A stretch of 64,000 nucleotides of DNA from Aplysia californica (taxonomy: Eukaryota). Both the position numbers and the translations under genes were made by a program. Below are positions 59,101-64,000 of this stretch, one piece after another; position 1 is the first letter of the stretch, and every line of letters starts with the position of its first letter. The notes below the pieces were generated by a model. That model made no database searches, was not told the origin of the DNA, and worked only from the letters and a program-made list of their open reading frames with translations. The DNA is taken from the NCBI RefSeq assembly GCF_000002075.1, contig NW_004797391.1:729159-793158 (forward strand), in the 5' to 3' direction.

Positions 59101-62100
59101 GCACCAAGGGATGGATGTCAACAGACAAGTCCTTACAGGGAATCAAACTTACTCTTCTCACCTCTCTAGCTTCAGCAGCACATAGTCTGTTTCGACTATC
59201 AAGGCACCCCGGAAATAGCGGGTCACAAGAATGTGACAAACATACAAAAGAAGTAGAGGAAAATGATGATAGTAAGGATTAGGAAAGAAAAAGCAGCAGT
59301 TCCCTGTTGTAGTTCAGGCACAATTATGAACATGACATTGTTACATAAGCCCATTTACAATTCTACAGTGCACTAGAACGAGAAATGTCCCCCCTTTAGG
59401 AAAGGCCTAAAGACACTTCAGTCAGTGGCACCGCCCCAGGTGGGGATAAGATCATCTCTGAAAAACAGAACGATATCAGAAATGAACACACACACACAAA
59501 AAAAAAGGGAAGAAAGAAAGAGAAGAAAAAAGAACTTTACGTATAAGAAATACACCTTTTACATACAACAACAAAAATTACCTCTGGCAGTTGACTATTG
59601 GTGCCATGGTTATCAATGGAATTGTTGGTTTTATTGAGGTAGGAGGAAGAGTTTGAGGCTGGTGAGGTCAGCTCGGCATAGCTCAAGGGCGTCCTCTGCT
59701 GACTGTTGTTGTAGATAGCTGGACTGGCATCTATGCCTGCCCCCGAGCCCACCGTGCGGATGGAGGAGATGTTCTCTACACTGGGTATGTTCACATAGTG
59801 GCTGCGGAGGGGATGGAGGGAAGGAGAGCATTTCGTGAACTTTCTGCCTTGAGAAAAGCACTAACCACAAAACGAATTTGTTTATTGGACAGAAAATATG
59901 CAAAACAACATAATGTAAACGTCAGTAAGTCTTGCTCCTTTGGACTCCTTACAAATAAACTGTTCCCCCATTATTTTGTGGCAGATGTTTAAATGACTTT
60001 ATTACACAATGGCAATTTAAAAAATAAAAAAAACTATCACAAAATTCAGGAGCCTAAATGACATGTTGTCACTTTTAAAAACGATCAAAGGTGCCTTTAA
60101 TAATTTTTTCTTTACAAAAAAAAATAATAAAAAAAAAAACCATTGAAAAAAATCTGAAATCGAAATCTGGTCTGGTTTTTGTTTGTTTTGGGATTATTAT
60201 TTTTCCCCCCCCCATAAAAATAAGAGAAAGCAAGCATTTGTAACAAAAAGATCCAAGCAAGAGAGAGCAAGGAACAGCTGAGTGCTCACGTTCTATGAGC
60301 TTGCTGGACATCCATCATGGGCATGCTCATGTTCCACGAGGGTTTGTAGTCTTGCACAGTGGACACAGGTGACAGCTGACCACTGGGCAGTTCTACGGCA
60401 GAGTATTTGCTGGAGCCCACAGCCTCTATAGTCTGGGCGGGCACAAAGACATCGCACTGAAAATGGAACAAAGTACAGGTTATGCCACTTTCAGACACAT
60501 CATTTTTTAGAATAATTTGTCACTTGACACCAATAAGTTATTAACAAAACAGCACATCATTGTGACACTTTTAAATAAGAGCCATAAAAAAACCCTGTTA
60601 TAAGGATACACAAAAGCAAATTGCAAAAATATGGCACTTCCACTAATTCTTAAATCACATTATAAAAATGTTAGAGCTTTCTATGGTATTTCAGGGACAC
60701 CGGAAATCAGTTGACCAGACTCTTTTTGTCTGGGCAGTAGGAATGGAACTCACCTTGACATTAGTAATAGGGTCCACCACAGAAGGAACTGAGCTCTCCA
60801 CTGTGTTGTGAAAAGCCACTATCGAGCCACCAGTGAGCATGGCCTCGTTTGTGCTCTCTGTCATGGTCTCCGGCGAGTGAGATTTGTTCGTTTCGTGGGA
60901 AGGAGGCGTTGGGTACATGCGGGCCAGGTCCAAAGGTGCTGCAACATCAAAACATCAATACAGTTGAAAACCAGTGTTAAAGGTCTAGCAGTAATATGTT
61001 GAATAGCAGTCTAGTGAACTTTGTTCAGGAAACAATTGGCATCCTAGTTACTGGGCAAAACATATCATCTTAGAAAAATGAGAAACTCCCGTTGGAACTG
61101 CTGTACAAAGTGAATAAAAATCATTTGAATTAATTTTCCCCCAACGTAAGCAAATATATTCACTTCCCACAAACAAGATGATCATCCGAAAAGACAGAAT
61201 TCCAAGACCTATGAAGTACATAATCCACGAACAATCCTTCACTTTGAAACTTATACATATCACTTTTCAAGTATACTCTTTAGTCACTGATTTTGTAGCG
61301 ACTGACCTTTTCTGAATGCACATGCTAAAACAAGCATCCTCACCAGTGCAAAGTCACTAGATGTCAAACAACAAACAATGCGCATACTGTGTGAGAAAAG
61401 AGTCAGCAATGGTGTTTCAAAAGGTAATCAACTCACCCAAAGCACCAAGTGAACCATTGGGTATGCGTGTCAGTTTTGTCTGGTCATCTGTTGATTTACT
61501 GCCCACTCCAGAGTCCAAGGCCTGAAACACAAACAACCCAAAATGCATTCATTCCAACAACAAAATCATTCAGTTGCTGGAACAATAACAAATGTCCTCT
61601 GTACCCAATCAAGGTGAACATAAGACTTTAAAAATAGCATGTGAAAGAATGAACATTCTGGACAAGTGAAACAATGGAGACAAAACTGCACTAGAAAACA
61701 TCGACAACCCTGCTTGAGAAACAGTAGCCAGCCAAGAGATCTGAACCATACCAGTTGATTTCTCCTTTTTTAAAAATACACTTTTGTCCAATTGTCAGCA
61801 ACAGAAGGAGTAGCAAAATATTGCCACTGACAGATAAATAAAAATGTAAAGTAAACCTTTCCCAGTGGGGAAGGACTAAGTCCTCTACTCCTCTACTTTA
61901 AAGAATTTCACATCAACGATTTAAGAGAATAGTGAAAGAGACTGAAGACTGAGTAAAGAGAACATAAACACAACAATGGTCATCTAGAGCGGAGAAAGAG
62001 CAAGACAGATGGAAATAAACACCAGAAAGAAGGTAAAGAATAACCTACCAATGGTGCCCTCCAACCACCTGAAAAAGCCACACTAAGACATGGTTATATG

Positions 62101-63296
62101 AACAATAGGCGATAACTTACCCCACCATCCTCATCTTCCTCGGAGGAATCTGACTGGAAGATCTGCTGGAGGTCTTGCGCTATGCCCTTGACCCTCAGGT
62201 CCCGTTCCCTTGTCAGGCTGCCTCCGGGGGTCAGTGGAGAGGACAGCTGGGCCAAATCTGAGGACATAAGACACAGGAGTGCAAGTTAATAGTCCCTGAA
62301 TAATACAGTACAGACACACAACACCAACACAGTGAAAATCAAACATTCATTTTGATTTGACTTGTCAATGTAGTTTACATCGAGGACAGAAGCCATAATA
62401 TTTCGTTATTAGCTTTTCATAACAATAATGCTGATAGGGAGGAGGAGCTGACAATTCATCAACAATCTGTTTTTCTAAAAAGAAAAAGACAAGGAAAGAA
62501 AAGAAAAGGCAGTCTAAATGACGAGAGGTCATACTGAACAAATTCATTACATAGAACATTCAGAAAAACTTGTCAGGGACCAGAGAGAGAAACATTTCAT
62601 CCTTGAAACAGGAGTTGGGCTTATTTGCTGACATCAACTGCCCTGATATTTCTAATCAAAGGCAACAAAATTTAAAATTGACGAAAACACTAAATCAAAG
62701 CACTGATGTGCAAGCTCTATCTCATTGTACAATTTTTTTTTTAAATAACAAAACAAAACAAAAAATTACAACAACAAAACAACCCCCCCCCCCAAAAAAA
62801 AACAACAACAACAACCCAACAACAACCCTCATGCAAGTACAACAACAGCATGCACACATCGACAATCCTCCCACGAACCACTGAAAACATGATATGTAAC
62901 TCGGAAGCAAAAAACATTTCCAAGGATCAAAATTAGGGGCTTGAAGCTGAATCAGAATATCTACACCAAAAATTAGAGATGGGTTCCTTGCGTTTCCATT
63001 TCTCTCTTACTCCTACTCGATTTTCATTACACGGACTGACTTCCCAACAGACTTTAAAATTTTCAAGGGATACATAAAGCTGACAACACAACCAACACCC
63101 CCCCCCCCACACACACATCCATTCCTAAACCAGTTTCCCAAGAGGGACAAAGGGGAGAAGAGTAAAAATGACACACAGAGTTACAACAGCTATAGGTAAG
63201 AACGTGGAGAGCACCTTGCTCACCGTTGGTGGCCTCCTCCTTCACCGTCACAGGGTCCAGGTTACCTTGACGAGCTGCTGGTTGACTTTCCTCCTC
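46991..63296 (-). CDS. MED13: Mediator of RNA polymerase II transcription subunit 13 (MED13/MED13L ortholog), 5'-partial
   Basis: Minus-strand exons: 63224-63296, 62121-62257, 61437-61521, 60754-60938, 60290-60456, 59582-59801, 58685-58793, 58222-58472, 57300-57432, 56892-57008, 56097-56267, (55930-55938?), 55329-55578, 54344-54403, 53468-53659, 52782-53005, 52166-52348, 51283-51494, 50672-50814, 50068-50219, 49698-49814, 48893-49108, 48229-48390, 47506-47615, 46991-47123. MED13 motifs: [108 protein letters not shown]. One phase break between 56097 and 55578. Confidence 0.95.
47506..47615 (-). CDS. MED13: MED13 exon
   Basis: [18 protein letters not shown]. Confidence 0.95.
48229..48390 (-). 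CDS. MED13: MED13 exon
   Basis: [29 protein letters not shown]. Confidence 0.95.
48893..49108 (-). CDS. MED13: MED13 exon
   Basis: [22 protein letters not shown]. Confidence 0.9.
49698..49814 (-). CDS. MED13: MED13 exon
   Basis: [19 protein letters not shown]. Confidence 0.95.
50068..50219 (-). CDS. MED13: MED13 exon
   Basis: [20 protein letters not shown]. Confidence 0.95.
50672..50814 (-). CDS. MED13: MED13 exon
   Basis: [29 protein letters not shown]. Confidence 0.95.
51283..51494 (-). CDS. MED13: MED13 exon
   Basis: [35 protein letters not shown]. Confidence 0.95.
52166..52348 (-). CDS. MED13: MED13 exon
   Basis: [19 protein letters not shown]. Confidence 0.95.
52782..53005 (-). CDS. 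MED13: MED13 exon
   Basis: [23 protein letters not shown]. Confidence 0.95.
53468..53659 (-). CDS. MED13: MED13 exon
   Basis: [18 protein letters not shown]. Confidence 0.9.
54344..54403 (-). CDS. MED13: MED13 exon
   Basis: [19 protein letters not shown]. Confidence 0.93.
54968..55251. mobile_element. TIR MITE (piggyBac-like ends)
   Basis: TAACTCTTTAAACCC vs reverse complement TAACTCTCTGAACCC. Confidence 0.6.
55329..55578 (-). CDS. MED13: MED13 exon
   Basis: [36 protein letters not shown]. Confidence 0.95.
55930..55938 (-). CDS. MED13: candidate 9-nt MED13 microexon (G-TY-G)
   Basis: ccag|GTACATACG|gtaaaa; phase 1-1; extends LAGR to LAGRGTYG, matching the RG(S/T)YG of vertebrate MED13/MED13L as recalled; weak pyrimidine tract. 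Confidence 0.5.
56097..56267 (-). CDS. MED13: MED13 exon
   Basis: [35 protein letters not shown]. Confidence 0.95.
56892..57008 (-). CDS. MED13: MED13 exon
   Basis: [20 protein letters not shown]. Confidence 0.92.
57300..57432 (-). CDS. MED13: MED13 exon
   Basis: [18 protein letters not shown]. Confidence 0.9.
58222..58472 (-). CDS. MED13: MED13 exon
   Basis: [26 protein letters not shown]. Confidence 0.95.
58685..58793 (-). CDS. MED13: MED13 exon
   Basis: [32 protein letters not shown]. Confidence 0.95.
59048..59447 (-). mobile_element. short retroposon family A, full-length, MED13 intron
   Basis: 12-bp TSD AAGATCATCTCT (59036-59047, 59448-59459). Confidence 0.9.
59582..59801 (-). CDS. 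MED13: MED13 exon
   Basis: [16 protein letters not shown]. Confidence 0.92.
60290..60456 (-). CDS. MED13: MED13 exon
   Basis: [24 protein letters not shown]. Confidence 0.9.
60754..60938 (-). CDS. MED13: MED13 exon
   Basis: [15 protein letters not shown]. Confidence 0.93.
61437..61521 (-). CDS. MED13: MED13 exon
   Basis: [17 protein letters not shown]; cag/gtgag, phase-compatible. Confidence 0.8.
62121..62257 (-). CDS. MED13: MED13 exon
   Basis: [27 protein letters not shown]. Confidence 0.88.
63224..63296 (-). CDS. MED13: MED13 exon
   Basis: tag|[24 protein letters not shown]|gtgag; phase fits next exon. Confidence 0.8.
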
Positions 63297-64000
63297 CTAG
63301 GGAAAAAATCATCGAAACAATTGAACAGATCAGAAAAATTATGGCTTGTAAAAAATGTTCCAGTACGACAGAAACAAAGTATGGATTATGGGATGTTTGA
63401 GAGAGTATGCGGTGGTGCCAAAGGAAAGAGAATAGAGCAATGACACCTCCTCCCTAGTCTGAAGTGCGCAACGATAATACAGAACGGAAAAACAAAAAAT
63501 GAAAGAAAGGTATTCTTGATCAGGCAATAAATTCACGAGCTAGAAAAATAAGGAAAAAAAAGGGTGAAGAAAGTTTTTTCCCCATTAAAAAAGAATAACA
63601 TGTACAACATTTTAATATTAACGCAACCAGCCACACTGTTTTGTTTCTTTTCAACACAGCTGTGAAAAGCAAACACACACAGTACAAACAGCAGGCACAC
63701 ACGCATATTTTTACGAACACCCACACGACAAATACAAAAATTCAACCTGAAGAATGTTATTTGTAGCATTAAGTTATTTTCTTTAATAGCATGTTCGAAG
63801 AGAACATGTGTGCCTATGCCTCTCATAAAGCATTAACATATTAATGACCAGCCCTCCTTAAACTGGAAAACCATGGCTTCCTAAGATACTTTCTTTGAAA
63901 AAAAAAACTACCTCATTATTATGACTAAAATAGTTACCTTACAGTGCCAAGGAAACACCCCAAGAAATGCATGTACTTTTGTTTTGAGAATAACTTCTAA

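Noticed and set aside
703-63826. Most ORF-track entries (60-170 aa)
   Set aside because: Intronic/UTR low-complexity, antisense-to-exon or repeat-derived frames; only those overlapping the listed exons and the MADF ORF show protein-family motifs

Overview
AT-rich, intron-rich animal genomic DNA, probably molluscan/gastropod (inferred from repeat style only), with two assembly gaps (11347-11446, 46138-46289). It holds two convergent housekeeping genes. (1) A complete Rabankyrin-5/ANKFY1 gene on + (26 coding exons, 98-32679, all GT-AG, 3498 nt = 1165 aa; coiled-coil, BTB, ankyrin repeats, FYVE). (2) The 3' part of a Mediator kinase-module subunit MED13/MED13L gene on - (24 clear exons 63296 to 46991; 5' part beyond the window). 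Both appear to have multi-kb 3' UTRs, separated by two adjacent decayed PIF/Harbinger elements, one with transposase and MADF remnants. Almost all other ORFs in the track are spurious. Most interesting signals: (a) four short TSD-flanked retroposon families with no Pol III promoter, fixed 5' ends, a shared head motif and/or LINE-like tail, almost all in sense orientation to their host gene; (b) repeated local duplication of ANKFY1 splice acceptors, including a tandem array of AG|GTAGGT ratchet-like units and a retroposon whose TSD is the acceptor itself; (c) a candidate 9-nt MED13 microexon followed by an apparently missing conserved exon. No CRISPR, rRNA or intact tRNA was found.
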